Origin: Promethearchaeota archaeon
GTDB lineage: Archaea; Asgardarchaeota; Lokiarchaeia; Sigyniarchaeales; SOKP01
Assembly (NCBI GenBank): GCA_016840085.1
Contig: JAEOTA010000054.1
Coordinates: 32,001-96,000, forward strand
Reading direction: 5' to 3'
DNA: 64,000 nt
Both the position numbers and the translations under genes were made by a program. Every line of letters starts with the position of its first letter. Position 1 is the stretch's first letter. Of this stretch, positions 1-10,521 are shown piece by piece. The notes beneath the pieces are model-generated. The model was not told the DNA's origin. It ran no database searches and was given only the letters and a program-made list of their open reading frames with translations.

Positions 1-378
1 TCCATGAAGGTGTGCAATCTTTAGATGATCAGTTGCTTTTTTCCGATGTCCTACACATATAGTATAGTCATCATTTATACAAATATATTCAATATTGTTC
101 CCTCTTCCTTGAGTCTCTATAAGAGTAGGAATTGCACCTTTAGATTTAATAGTTTCAATAACTTCACGCACATAGTCGGGACGTAAATATCGAGTATTCT
201 GTGCTTCTCCAACGTGAACTTTAACGCCTACCTTATCACCAGAATTAATATTATCTAATATTTTATCTAGTATAAATCGAGTTTTAACTAAATTATTAGT
301 TACCATATTTTTTGCGGTATTTGGTAAAGCAGCTATCTCAGTTGGCGGTGCCCAATATACTTTCGGTTTATTTTCCAT
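1..378 (-). CDS. DUF362-type Fe-S protein, N-terminal part (runs off the window start)
   Basis: Manual translation MENKPKVYWAPP...GDKVGVKVHVGEAQNTRYLRPDYVREVIETIKSKGAIPTLIET matches the DUF362 K-x-H-x-GE...RP motif; alternative in-frame ATG at 396. Confidence 0.7.
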   Translation of the reverse strand, partial: MENKPKVYWAPPTEIAALPNTAKNMVTNNLVKTRFILDKILDNINSGDKVGVKVHVGEAQNTRYLRPDYVREVIETIKSKGAIPTLIETQGRGNNIEYICINDDYTICVGHRKKATDHLKIAHLHG

Positions 379-403
379 ATTAACAATCTTCTTCATATTT
401 AAA

Positions 404-424
404 AACATTATTCAAAATAATGTT
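404..424. promoter_or_regulatory. Perfect inverted repeat AACATTATT-caa-AATAATGTT, candidate operator of the DUF362 gene
   Basis: 9-bp arms with a 3-nt spacer immediately upstream of the gene start; AT-rich context lowers significance. Confidence 0.35.
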
Positions 425-477
425 GAATTCATTAAAAATAGCATTAATTTACACAAGTAAAAAATAAAGAGTTAAAA

Positions 478-2377
478 TTAATAAAGATCCTTTATAACGA
501 AATCTAAATTGAGATCTATTAAAGTTTCTTTTAGTGGATATCCATTTTCAGGATTCCAACCTATTTTTTCACAGTAGCCTTTATAATCTGCTAAATAATC
601 GATCCCTACTGCTCTTTCCGGTAATTTATTATTAATAATATCAATACCCTCCCTTAAGGTGAATGCTTGTCTAAGGGTTTGAATTCTTATACCAATTTTA
701 ATTAATTCATCGATAGTAAGATTCCAGCCAACTACTGCTTTAATTAATTCTACGAGGGGATGCTTTTGATATATACTAACAAATTGACATAAGCCAAGGC
801 TGTTTAAACTTTGCCAAATTCCCACTATTAACTTTTCTGCTTCATTTCTATCATCACCGGGTTTTTTGAATTCTGTAGGCAATGAAAACCCATTCAATAA
901 TCCATTGGGCTGTCCTAATCGTCCAGAAGCACTAAAATCTAATGTTGGTGTAGTATGTCTTCCTGGTGTTGGATCAAATGCGTAAGTTGCACCCATACTC
1001 CTATAGAGTTTTGAAGAATGCATACCAAGTTCTTGACCCAATGAATGAATCGCATACACATCACTGCCTTTTCCAATTTTTTCTGAAGCGATTTTTGATC
1101 CATCTGCTAAAATGTTTCCAAAACCTTCTCGTTTAATCACTTTTTTTCACTAATTCAATTATAGCTGATGAATTTCCCCACCTTAACTCAAGCCCATCAG
1201 TATCATCTTTGTTTATAATACCATTTTCATAACACTCTATTGCAAAAGCAACAGTAGCACCGAGAGATATGGTATCTATTCCTGCTCGATTACATAAGTC
1301 ATTAATAATAAATATAGACATTAAGTCATCATTTAGCAACATTGGTCCAAATACAGAACATGTTTCGTATTCTGGGCGATGAGTATTTTTAATTCCTACT
1401 TCCGCCACATTCATAATAGCACCACATTGAACTGGGCATGCAAAACATCCATAAGCTTTCTGTTTATATTTATTTATTTCCATTCCTGAAATTTTATTTG
1501 CCATTACATCAGGAAAATCTACTTTTGAAGTCCCTCCCCAATTCTTTATTGGAGTATCTCCCATTTGGACCATAAGTGTATTACCAGCAGTAGTTCCTAA
1601 GTTTTTAAAAATAGAAATTAGAACACTAGTACTTTCATTTATAATTTTATTATATTCTTTTGTTAACCTATTTAATTCATCTCTATCCTCTACAGAGATT
1701 TTTTCATTCCCTTTAAGTACAATAGCCTTTAATTTTTTAGAACCCATAACAGCACCAAAACCGGATCTAGCAGCAATTCTAGCGTTATCATTTATAATAC
1801 CAGAGATAAGGGAAAGCTTTTCACCTGCTTGACCAATACTTGCTACTTGAACCTTTCCATATCTTTCAGTTAACTTATTTTCTGTTTGGACTACATCTAA
1901 GCCCCATAGGTCAGAAGCATCAATAATTTGCATGTCACCTTCAATAATGGCAATGCATTTAGGAACATTTGCTTTTCCTCTGATTAAAAGCGCATCAAAA
2001 CCTCATTTTTTAATTTCGGGTCCAAAAAATCCTCCACAGTTAGAATCTCCCCAAGTTCCTGTCAGAGGAGATTTTCCTGCTACCATAAATCGTCCAGTTA
2101 AGGGAGCAATAGTACCAGTTAATAACCCTGGAAAAAAACCAAAAATAGCTTCTTCTCCTAAAGGATCAATTCTTATTGGTAAATTATCATATAATAATTT
2201 AGCTGCTAAACCATAGCCACCCAAATACTGGCGATAGTATTCTTCAGGTAAAGTTTCTTCTCTAAAATTTTCTTCTGAAAGATCAATCCATAATATTTTT
2301 TCTAAATATCCATTTACTCCCAAAATATTCACTTTTAGATTGTTTAAATCATTTAAAGGTGAAGTTATATTAAACAT
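478..2377 (-). pseudogene. aor: Aldehyde:ferredoxin oxidoreductase (W-dependent AOR family), interrupted by an in-frame TGA (2003-2005) and a +1 frameshift in an A7 run (1141-1147)
   Basis: Three ORFs carry consecutive AOR motifs (YLGGYGLAAKLL, KSPLTG, AARSGFGAVMGSKKLKA, CFACPVQC, PEYET, GIDTIS, GLCQF); reading through the TGA gives KK*GFDALLIRGKA in the same frame. Confidence 0.85.
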
Positions 2378-2457
2378 TTTGATATTATTTTATAATTAGA
2401 AAATTTAAAAAGAGAATTTTAGAGTCTTTGTATAAAATTTTTATTCTTTATTATAAT

Positions 2458-3330
2458 TCAGCTAGATATGATGTTGAATTCGTTATTTGTAGAACCCCAC
2501 GATTTTAATATATTCTCTGCTTCCTTCATGATATTTTTAATCATTACCTTTAGAGGAATTATTTTATTTTGGAATCCTACTGATGGTGAAGGAACACGAG
2601 TACCTCCTAATCTTCGATGATAAAGTTGCCTATGATATTCCTCCGTGAAAATATCAGTATTAATTCTTTCTTCCTTCCTTTCTATAGACATCGGACTCTC
2701 TTCGGTAATTAAAATTGCTGTTCCAAGACACACAGCATCAGCACCCATAGCTAAAGCACCAAGAAGACCTCGTACATTCCCTATCCCTCCGGCAGCAATT
2801 AAAGGGACTTTTAATAATTTCCTACCCATTGTTAAGTTAACTAAGGTAGTGTGCTGAAAAGGATTTTTATTTCCTGCTGATTCCATCCCCATGAATGTAA
2901 TTGCATCTGCTCCTGCCTCTTCTGCTGATATTGCATGTCTCATTAAAGGACACTTCGGGAACCAATAGCAACCTGCCTCATGGACTCTTTTCCCTACATA
3001 TTTTGCTTGATAAGCTGATGTAGTGAATATCTTAACTCCCGCATTTATTGCGATCTCTAAATAATTTAAATATACCTCTTTATTGCCATCCTCATTAATA
3101 GTCATATTAACCCCAAAAGGCTTATCTGTAAGTTCTTGCATTTTCCTAAGCTCGTTTTTAAATTGATTCAGGTCATAGTTCATGGCAGTAATAATTCCAA
3201 AACCTCCAGCATTTGAAAATGATGCGGCAAATTCAGTTATGCCATATCTCGCAAATGCAGCCATTACAATTGGATATTTTGTTCTTGTTAACTCAGTTAT
3301 ACGTGTTTTCCAAATCATTATATTCAACAA
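2458..3330 (-). CDS. Nitronate monooxygenase / FabK-like FMN oxidoreductase
   Basis: KYPIVMA, TDKPFGVN, PLIAAGGIG, GADAVCLGT motifs. Confidence 0.85.
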   Translation of the reverse strand: MLNIMIWKTRITELTRTKYPIVMAAFARYGITEFAASFSNAGGFGIITAMNYDLNQFKNELRKMQELTDKPFGVNMTINEDGNKEVYLNYLEIAINAGVKIFTTSAYQAKYVGKRVHEAGCYWFPKCPLMRHAISAEEAGADAITFMGMESAGNKNPFQHTTLVNLTMGRKLLKVPLIAAGGIGNVRGLLGALAMGADAVCLGTAILITEESPMSIERKEERINTDIFTEEYHRQLYHRRLGGTRVPSPSVGFQNKIIPLKVMIKNIMKEAENILKSWGSTNNEFNIISS

Positions 3331-3442
3331 GTTATATCAATTTGAGTATGTAAAACTATAAAAAAAGCAAAAAAAAGTTTATGATTTTAAAGCTTTAATA
3401 CTTTCTTAGCAGAAAACAACCAATCATTTAAATTGGAAATAT

Positions 3443-4753
3443 TTATAAATAACTATCTATAGTTTTTTGAGTTTTAATAAAGCTAATTAACTTACTACTC
3501 TTTTTCCAATGTTTAAAATCAACCATCATCCCTTCTGCCATTTTTTTAAGAGAGCCATTAAAATTATCAATGATTAAGGGATTTATATTTTCCATAGCAT
3601 TTTTTACCGTCTCTCTAATAACCCATACTCCCAAAGGAAGGATGTACCCTCCACGAACTTCTCTAAAAATTAGAACTCTAGCTTGTTTCCCAATTTTATA
3701 AAGGTATTCACAAATTTCTTTTCGAGCAGCATAATAAGCGCCTGTAATATTGCTCGCATAATTCTTTCTTCCACTATAAAACTCAAAATCAGTCGCTATT
3801 TGAGGAGTTAAAGTAGGATTCCAAAGAGATTTAGCAGCCCATACTTCATTCATCTCATATGTGAATTTTCCAGGAAACAGGAGGATTCTAAAATGATTGT
3901 CAAGATAACTACTTTCAAAAATGCGATAATCATTAATTTCAGGGAACTTTTTTATTTCCTTAATTAACGCTTTAGATATAATGTCATCCACGGCGGTTAT
4001 GCTCCAACGAGTTGGAACAAGTCTGCGATTTTCTTTTTTTCCGAGTAATCCTGCTGAAAATACTCTCTTAATAGTCGATTGAGGTACATGTCCTTTAAAG
4101 TAAAGATATTCTGATACTGCATCTGTAGCTTTTAAATCAGTATCTGATACACAGTAATCTACTTTAGGATGGACTTTAATATTTTCTGTTACTTTTATTT
4201 TCTCTGTCATTCCAGTTGGTCCAATTGGGGGAGAATGATTATCCATCATCATCCTGAGATTCATTTTCTCCAACTTTGTTTCTGTATCTACTGGTCGAGC
4301 TGCCATAGCCAGTTCTTGAGAAGTGTCTAATAATCTCTGAATTTTTAATGGGAGTGTGTTTTTTCGATTGGTTCGACCTATTCTAACATTTGTTATAAAA
4401 TTATTTCTAATTAAACTACTCCTATATTTTACAATCTCAGCCATCTGTTTTCCGAACCATAATTCTGGTGCATCAAGAATGTAATTATCATTAACACCTA
4501 AATCTAATTTGAAATCTTGATAAGGAACAAGGGGACCAATATAGACTTTTGGATAATTAAAACGACCAACGAAAAAGCCTGGAGGACTAGCACCAAAAAC
4601 TTCTACATCTCTCATTGTTTTATCGAATTCAAAAGGAACTAAAGATTTTAAAACTGATTTTTTCAACAAGATTGGACAAGACTTTTTACCACAGAGAAGT
4701 CTTGCTCCCTTACATCGAAGGCATATATTTTTTTCTGTCGGAGGTCGTACCAC
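3443..4753 (-). CDS. nreA: Nre-family archaeal DNA repair protein with C-terminal PCNA-interacting (PIP) box
   Basis: N-terminal CxxCKG..LCG...CP, RRLVPTRWSITAVD, GAYYAAR, LGVWVIRE, C-terminal QKTIDSYL. Confidence 0.9.
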   Translation of the reverse strand: MVRPPTEKNICLRCKGARLLCGKKSCPILLKKSVLKSLVPFEFDKTMRDVEVFGASPPGFFVGRFNYPKVYIGPLVPYQDFKLDLGVNDNYILDAPELWFGKQMAEIVKYRSSLIRNNFITNVRIGRTNRKNTLPLKIQRLLDTSQELAMAARPVDTETKLEKMNLRMMMDNHSPPIGPTGMTEKIKVTENIKVHPKVDYCVSDTDLKATDAVSEYLYFKGHVPQSTIKRVFSAGLLGKKENRRLVPTRWSITAVDDIISKALIKEIKKFPEINDYRIFESSYLDNHFRILLFPGKFTYEMNEVWAAKSLWNPTLTPQIATDFEFYSGRKNYASNITGAYYAARKEICEYLYKIGKQARVLIFREVRGGYILPLGVWVIRETVKNAMENINPLIIDNFNGSLKKMAEGMMVDFKHWKKSSKLISFIKTQKTIDSYL

Positions 4754-4881
4754 TGTTCTCTCTCTAATAAAATTGATAGCTCTAATAAAAATTAATATTC
4801 TCTATTATTAAAAAGGAGAAAGAGTTTAAATTTTTAATATTTATATTAAAGAGGTAATATCAAACCTTATTTTAATTTTAA

Positions 4882-5463
4882 TTAAACTATTTTCTCATAG
4901 TTTAAATTATTTAAATCTAAGACCTTTTTCACTAGTTCTTTAAAACTTTTAATAATATTTGTATTTTCTTTAGAAGAAGTTAAAATGTAATCTTTTTCAC
5001 TATGTTTTTTAAGGAATTGCTCAATAATTAACCTGTCAACAGTACTTTGCTTATTCTTTATCTCAGCTAAATCCAGTTTTGTTCCAATCAAAACTTTGGG
5101 GCAATTGTTAAGATTATGTTCTATTAACCTGTTATACCACCAATCTAGTTTCATAAGACTTTCCAATCTTAATAAATCAAAAACAAGAAATATACCACTC
5201 GCTCCATTTACATAATAACCAAATAATGTTTTAAAATGCTCTTGCCCCCCAAAATCCCATATTAAGAGCCGAACAAAGCTTTGCTCACCTTCTACTATGA
5301 TAGGCATGTCATATTTGTAAAAATCTATTCCAACAGTTAATTGAGTATTCAAACTAAAAGTACCGTAACATAATCTTCGAGCGATACAAGTTTTTCCTAT
5401 GCCACCATCCCCCACTAAACAAATTTTAAAAATATAACTAGGAGATTTCTCATCTAAAACCAA
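4882..5463 (-). CDS. Rab/Roc-like small GTPase (Ras superfamily)
   Basis: G1 GDGGIGKT, G2 TVGIDF, G3 WDFGGQ, G4 GTKLD, G5 TSSK. Confidence 0.92.
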   Translation of the reverse strand: MVLDEKSPSYIFKICLVGDGGIGKTCIARRLCYGTFSLNTQLTVGIDFYKYDMPIIVEGEQSFVRLLIWDFGGQEHFKTLFGYYVNGASGIFLVFDLLRLESLMKLDWWYNRLIEHNLNNCPKVLIGTKLDLAEIKNKQSTVDRLIIEQFLKKHSEKDYILTSSKENTNIIKSFKELVKKVLDLNNLNYEKIV

Positions 5464-5648
5464 ATTGCTCCCCAGTGCTCACTTAGATATTATAATAATA
5501 TTTTTAAATAATCTTTATTATTTTATCTGAATTAATCTTATAGTTATATTTTTTAAATAAAAATATACTTCTTCTAATTTATAGAACCTTTAAATTTTAA
5601 AATTTAACATTTATATCTGTTTAAGATAAAAAAATCTAATGAAAATAG

Positions 5649-6236
5649 TTAAACTATTTTCTCATAATCTAAAGAATGAGCTTCTAACACTTTTTTTACT
5701 AATTCTTTAAAACTTTCAATGATATTTTTATTTTCTTTAGATGAAGTTTTAATGAAATCTTTTTCATTGTGTCGTTTGAGGAATTGTTCAATAATTAGAT
5801 CATCGATTTTATATTGTTTATCTGCAGTCTCAACCAAATCAAGTTTAGTCCCAATCAGTATTTTTGGGTGATCTTGAAGGTTGTAGGTAATCAACTGTTC
5901 ATACCACCAGTCCAATCTCGTTAAAGTCTCCATTTCTAATAAATCAAAAACAAGAAATATACCATTTGCTCCACTAATATAATAACTAAATAGATTCTTA
6001 AATTGTTCTTGCCCCCCAAAATCCCATATTGTAAGGCGAACAAAGGTTTCCTCATCTTTTACTATGATAGGTATATCAAAAGTGTAAAAATCTATTCCAA
6101 TAGTCATTTGAGTTCTAGCATCAAAAGTATCAAAACATAATCTTTGAGCAATACACGTTTTTCCTACTCCCCCACTTCCGATGAGACAGATTTTAAAAAT
6201 ATAACGAGGTTGTTGTTCCATCATGTTAATCAACAA
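5649..6236 (-). CDS. Rab/Roc-like small GTPase, tandem paralog
   Basis: G1 GSGGVGKT, TIGIDF, WDFGGQEQF, GTKLD, TSSK; colinear with 4882..5463. Confidence 0.92.
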   Translation of the reverse strand: MLINMMEQQPRYIFKICLIGSGGVGKTCIAQRLCFDTFDARTQMTIGIDFYTFDIPIIVKDEETFVRLTIWDFGGQEQFKNLFSYYISGANGIFLVFDLLEMETLTRLDWWYEQLITYNLQDHPKILIGTKLDLVETADKQYKIDDLIIEQFLKRHNEKDFIKTSSKENKNIIESFKELVKKVLEAHSLDYEKIV

Positions 6237-6479
6237 TAACTTGATATTGGCTAACTTCTAATGTATTGAATATGTTTAAGGTTATTAATTTCAATACTTT
6301 ATTTATTATTAATACTTCTTAGGATATTCTTATACTTTTATATAGATATTATTTCATTATCTCTAATCTAGATATTACATTATTATCATTAATAAATTTA
6401 AAGAAAATTCTACATTTTTTTAAAGATTTAAGAATCATATTTACAAATGTCTGAGTATAAAAAATTTAGAATAAGTGAG

Positions 6480-7331
6480 TTATCCTTTACCGTAAGTACC
6501 AATAGCATATAGATATTGTAATTTTCCTGAAATTTCTTGTCCATAGAACATTTTTAAATTCGGTTCACCTCTTTTAGTAAGTTGCAGCAAAGAGAATAGG
6601 TTATTTTGTAAGAGTGGATGAGTAGGAATTATTAAGTGTTCAGCTCCTAATGATATACTTCTCTTAATGAGATGTATTGCAGTATCCATATTCTTAGCAA
6701 TTATAGGTCCTAATCTTACTTGTGATAATATTTTAGAAACCAGGGCATAGCCTTCATTTTCGACGATTAAAATTTTTGCTCCAAGAACAAGTCTTGTCTT
6801 TAAATACTTAGTTCTATTGAAGCCCATAGCTTCTCTGTCAAGATTTACTAACCAATCTGGTAAAAAATTGATTTCCTTTAATTCTTTTTCTTTCATATCT
6901 ATTTTGGGAACTACTTTTGGCAAAAAATACATATCTGCATAGTAACTTCCTTGGAAACCATATTTTTTATATATTGGTTCTCCTAATTTTGATGCAAAAA
7001 GTATAGTGGTTTTGATTCCTAGATTCAAACCTATTTGCATTAAATTATTGAAGATTGCAGTACCTACTCCTTGACTTCGATATTCGGATAATACTCCCAT
7101 ATACCCTATACTAGCAACTTCCTGATATAGAAATAATCCTCCTGCACCAATTATTTTGTCATCTGTTAAAGCAATAAGAAATCTCGCAATATTTTCTTTG
7201 ATTAAGCTCAACCATACTTTTTTCTCTTCTTCCAGCTGATTGTAAGAGGTTCTACCAAAGGCTGACAAAAAAACTTTAATAGTTCTAAGAATTTCATCTT
7301 TTTTTGGTTCTCTAATTATATAAGGTTTCAT
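6480..7331 (-). CDS. GNAT family N-acetyltransferase (two-domain, YitH-like)
   Basis: VLSEYRSQGVGT acetyl-CoA motif, GEPIYKKYGF, C-terminal LGPIIA. Confidence 0.8.
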   Translation of the reverse strand: MKPYIIREPKKDEILRTIKVFLSAFGRTSYNQLEEEKKVWLSLIKENIARFLIALTDDKIIGAGGLFLYQEVASIGYMGVLSEYRSQGVGTAIFNNLMQIGLNLGIKTTILFASKLGEPIYKKYGFQGSYYADMYFLPKVVPKIDMKEKELKEINFLPDWLVNLDREAMGFNRTKYLKTRLVLGAKILIVENEGYALVSKILSQVRLGPIIAKNMDTAIHLIKRSISLGAEHLIIPTHPLLQNNLFSLLQLTKRGEPNLKMFYGQEISGKLQYLYAIGTYGKG

Positions 7332-7352
7332 TCTCTTCTATTATAAGATTTT

Positions 7353-7943
7353 TTATAATTTTCTACACAATAACTCTCCTTTACCAATCGGGACAATTAA
7401 TGCATCTACACGTTCATCTGCTAAAGCTTTATCTATCATCGGTTTTAAAGTTTCATAATGATTAATTGCATTATCAGCTACAAATATTCCTCCTTTAACC
7501 ATATTTGGTATAACCAGATCATAGCAATCCTCATATACTTCTTTTTCAGCATCTAAAAAACAGAAAGAAATATGATTATAATTCTTAATATAATTTCGAG
7601 CATCACCTTCGATTAATTCAATATATTCCTCCATATTCGTTTCTCTGAAGGTTTCTTTTGCTAAATGAATTTTATCTTCTAAAACTTCAAATGTAGTTAG
7701 TTTGTTTCCAATTAACTTACAGGCAAGAGCAATCCATAGAGTAGAATATCCGGCACTTGTACCAATTTCAACATATTTTCCTTCTGGAGCACTTGCCGCT
7801 AAAATTGAAAGAAATTTTCCTGTCTCAGGGGGGATTTGGCGAAGTTTTTTTAATCTTGGTGTCCCATCATTTCTATCTCTTGAATCAATATCTTCTAGAT
7901 ATTGCATTCGATTTCTTACTTCTTCAGATAAATTATGAAACAT
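7353..7943 (-). CDS. O-methyltransferase (class I SAM, YrrM/CCoAOMT-like)
   Basis: [25 protein letters not shown]. Confidence 0.88.
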   Translation of the reverse strand: MFHNLSEEVRNRMQYLEDIDSRDRNDGTPRLKKLRQIPPETGKFLSILAASAPEGKYVEIGTSAGYSTLWIALACKLIGNKLTTFEVLEDKIHLAKETFRETNMEEYIELIEGDARNYIKNYNHISFCFLDAEKEVYEDCYDLVIPNMVKGGIFVADNAINHYETLKPMIDKALADERVDALIVPIGKGELLCRKL

Positions 7944-7967
7944 TTTAATATCTCCTAGTATTTTTTT

Positions 7968-8867
7968 CTATCTTAGATTTGGAATAACTTCATTAGCTAG
8001 AGATGTTATATTCTGAATCTGTTTTGAATCAAAGAAAGGAAAATAGATTATAAATTCATTAATCCCTATTTCTTCTTTATATTGTCGAACAAGTTTGCGA
8101 AAATTATCTTTAGAGTTAATAATATTGCGTTCAAATCGGCTATAAAACAATATCGAGCGATTTAAGGTCTCGGGATCTCTTCCTATTTCTTCGCAATACT
8201 TATCTATTAATGTTGCTCGCATTCTAACATTATTAATGATTTTATCAACTGGAGTATCCCATTCACTTGCTCCATGTGTATTCCAAGTATCTGCATATTG
8301 AGCAGCAATTTTAAGCATCGAATTTCCAATAGCACCAATAGTTAATGGTGGTCGGGGTTTTTGAATAGTTGGTGGATTCATAGCTGCTTCATTTAATTTG
8401 TAGAATTTCCCCTTATAATTTGAAACACCTTGACGTAAGAGCCGATCAATCATCTCAATTTGTTCCTTAAAGCGATTAACTCTTTCTTTTGCACTCCAAT
8501 CTTCAATACCTATCATTTTATAAACAGGATCTCTATTACCGGGAACACCTGTACCTATTCCTAACTCTAATCTTCCATTCGAGATATGATCAATTGTTAG
8601 TGCCTGTCTTGCTAATATTGCTGGATTACGTAGTGGTATTGAGGATACTAACGTTCCAATCCTGATTCTTTTTGTCACCACCGCAAGAGAAGCAAGAAGC
8701 GTCCATGACTCGAACCAATGCCCAGTAGGATTTACAGGATCTGTAAAATGATCAGCTAACCATACATTATCAAATCCTAACCTTTCAATAAGTTTCCAAC
8801 GTTCAACTTCTCTTTCCCAAGGAAGATTCTGAATGGTCAATACACCAAATCGCACACTCTTTCTCAT
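7968..8867 (-). CDS. LLM-class flavin (probably F420)-dependent oxidoreductase
   Basis: GFDNVWLADHF, RIRIGTLV, RNPAILA, DHISNGRLELGIG. Confidence 0.9.
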   Translation of the reverse strand: MRKSVRFGVLTIQNLPWEREVERWKLIERLGFDNVWLADHFTDPVNPTGHWFESWTLLASLAVVTKRIRIGTLVSSIPLRNPAILARQALTIDHISNGRLELGIGTGVPGNRDPVYKMIGIEDWSAKERVNRFKEQIEMIDRLLRQGVSNYKGKFYKLNEAAMNPPTIQKPRPPLTIGAIGNSMLKIAAQYADTWNTHGASEWDTPVDKIINNVRMRATLIDKYCEEIGRDPETLNRSILFYSRFERNIINSKDNFRKLVRQYKEEIGINEFIIYFPFFDSKQIQNITSLANEVIPNLR

Positions 8868-9122
8868 AAATCATTCCTCTTAAAAAATTTCTTTAAAACT
8901 ACAATTATTTATGCAGAATAATAATAAAAATAATAATTTGATTGAATTATATGAATTCTATGTCTTATTAAAGAAATTTATAACATATCCTTAATGATTA
9001 GTTTTTACTTTTAGTGACCCCCCTCTTTATTTTTAAGTAAACATAAATATTAATTTTCAAATCAAATTAAAAATAAAATTCCTGAATTATGTGGATAAAA
9101 ATTAAAGAATATAGTAAATCAT

Positions 9123-9392
9123 ATGGGTTATATAAAGGAAACTCATGAAGTAATTAAGGATTCACTCAAGGGTATCTCTAACAAAAAGAAGTTTAAAAAA
9201 CTAATCGATAATATGATTTTTGCTATAGAAACAAATACTGTTAGTGAATATTTCTTTTTCAAATATAAAGTATTGGAAGAATTAGCACCACTTATTAATT
9301 TAAAAAAAGAAAAAGATAAAGAATATTTGGATAAATATAAAAAAGTGAAACATTTTTATAAAAATCAATTCAAAAAAATGACTTATTTTTAG
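9123..9392 (+). CDS. Hypothetical small basic protein
   Basis: 89-aa ORF filling an intergenic gap; no recognised motif. Confidence 0.5.
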   Translation: MGYIKETHEVIKDSLKGISNKKKFKKLIDNMIFAIETNTVSEYFFFKYKVLEELAPLINLKKEKDKEYLDKYKKVKHFYKNQFKKMTYF

Positions 9393-9408
9393 TTAGCATG
9401 TTTAGCTT

Positions 9409-10521
9409 TTAATGTTGGGATAATAATTCAATTAAAGCTCTTGGAATTTCTCTATAGTCATTTACCGCATAAAATTTTCCTCTCCCTACTTTAGCAATTT
9501 CTCGGCATGTATTAATTCCTTGATTTGCATCATTCTCTGCAGGCATTCCTATAACATGAAGTTTAGGAAACTTTTTTGCAAGCTCAACGGGATTATCTCC
9601 TCTATTAAAATTTCCATCACTAATTAATATTCCAAATTTTTCTTTTACTGGTTGTCTAATTTTATTTAACTCTTTTAAACCCTTTTCTAATCCAAGATAA
9701 ATATTTGTAAAACCAACAGCTTCTGAATCTAATATATCATCTATAATAGTAATAATTTCTTTTTTTTGGTCAATTTTTTTTAGAGTCATGGCGGTTGAGT
9801 TAAATAGAATAATCGCAAAATCTTCTTTTTCCATATGATAGGCTAAAACAGAGGCAGTAAGAGCAGCATTTAATAGTAAACGCCCATACATACTACCGCT
9901 AGTGTCTAAAATCAACACAACTTTCCTTTTTTGACGCTTTCTTACAATTCCAAAAATGTCTTGGTAATTCAAACTTTTTTCATATATTTTTAAAGGATTA
10001 TGTTGGATTGTTTCATCAAGACTGAATTCAGGCATTCCAATCTGATAATTTGGGGTTGTTCTTTTAAATTGACCTCTTATTCCTCTACTGGTTATTTTCA
10101 ATGAGAGTTTTAAAATACTCTGCCTTGCTAATCGTCTAAAAATAGATTTATATTTTTCGGAGATGGGTCGTCTAATAAAAAAGTAAATTTCTGGCATAAA
10201 ATCTCCTGATTCTTTAGCTTTTTCAGAGAAAAACTTCACACCATCTTCAGTATCTAAAGCATCTGTTGCAGCATAGACATTAGCTTTAAGTAAACCCATT
10301 AAAGCTTCTAAATTTTTGTATTGGATTGCGAGATAGGTCATTTCTTTAATTTGTTTATAATCTAGTGTATTAGCAAGAGCCTTGTAATAATCAGGTTTTT
10401 TCTTTTTTTTTCTGATTATTTCAAACTTTAAAATTTCTTTATCTGGTCGACTTTCAGTAAGTCTAACATGCAGTCTTTTCTCAATCTCCTCAGATCCTTC
10501 CTCAGAGAAATCATCGACTAT
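9409..10521 (-). CDS. von Willebrand factor A domain protein (MoxR partner); frame is open to 10533, beyond the first ATG at 10341
   Basis: MIDAS motif DTSGSM, GFTNI, ISDG; 64 additional stop-free codons upstream of the ATG, overlapping the MoxR stop. Confidence 0.8.
   Translation of the reverse strand: MVDDFSEEGSEEIEKRLHVRLTESRPDKEILKFEIIRKKKKKPDYYKALANTLDYKQIKEMTYLAIQYKNLEALMGLLKANVYAATDALDTEDGVKFFSEKAKESGDFMPEIYFFIRRPISEKYKSIFRRLARQSILKLSLKITSRGIRGQFKRTTPNYQIGMPEFSLDETIQHNPLKIYEKSLNYQDIFGIVRKRQKRKVVLILDTSGSMYGRLLLNAALTASVLAYHMEKEDFAIILFNSTAMTLKKIDQKKEIITIIDDILDSEAVGFTNIYLGLEKGLKELNKIRQPVKEKFGILISDGNFNRGDNPVELAKKFPKLHVIGMPAENDANQGINTCREIAKVGRGKFYAVNDYREIPRALIELLSQH

Noticed and set aside
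400-477. Possible SECIS element downstream of the AOR gene
   Set aside because: The hairpin at 404-424 has a 3-nt loop and no AUGA/GA kink-turn geometry; an operator of the next gene explains it better
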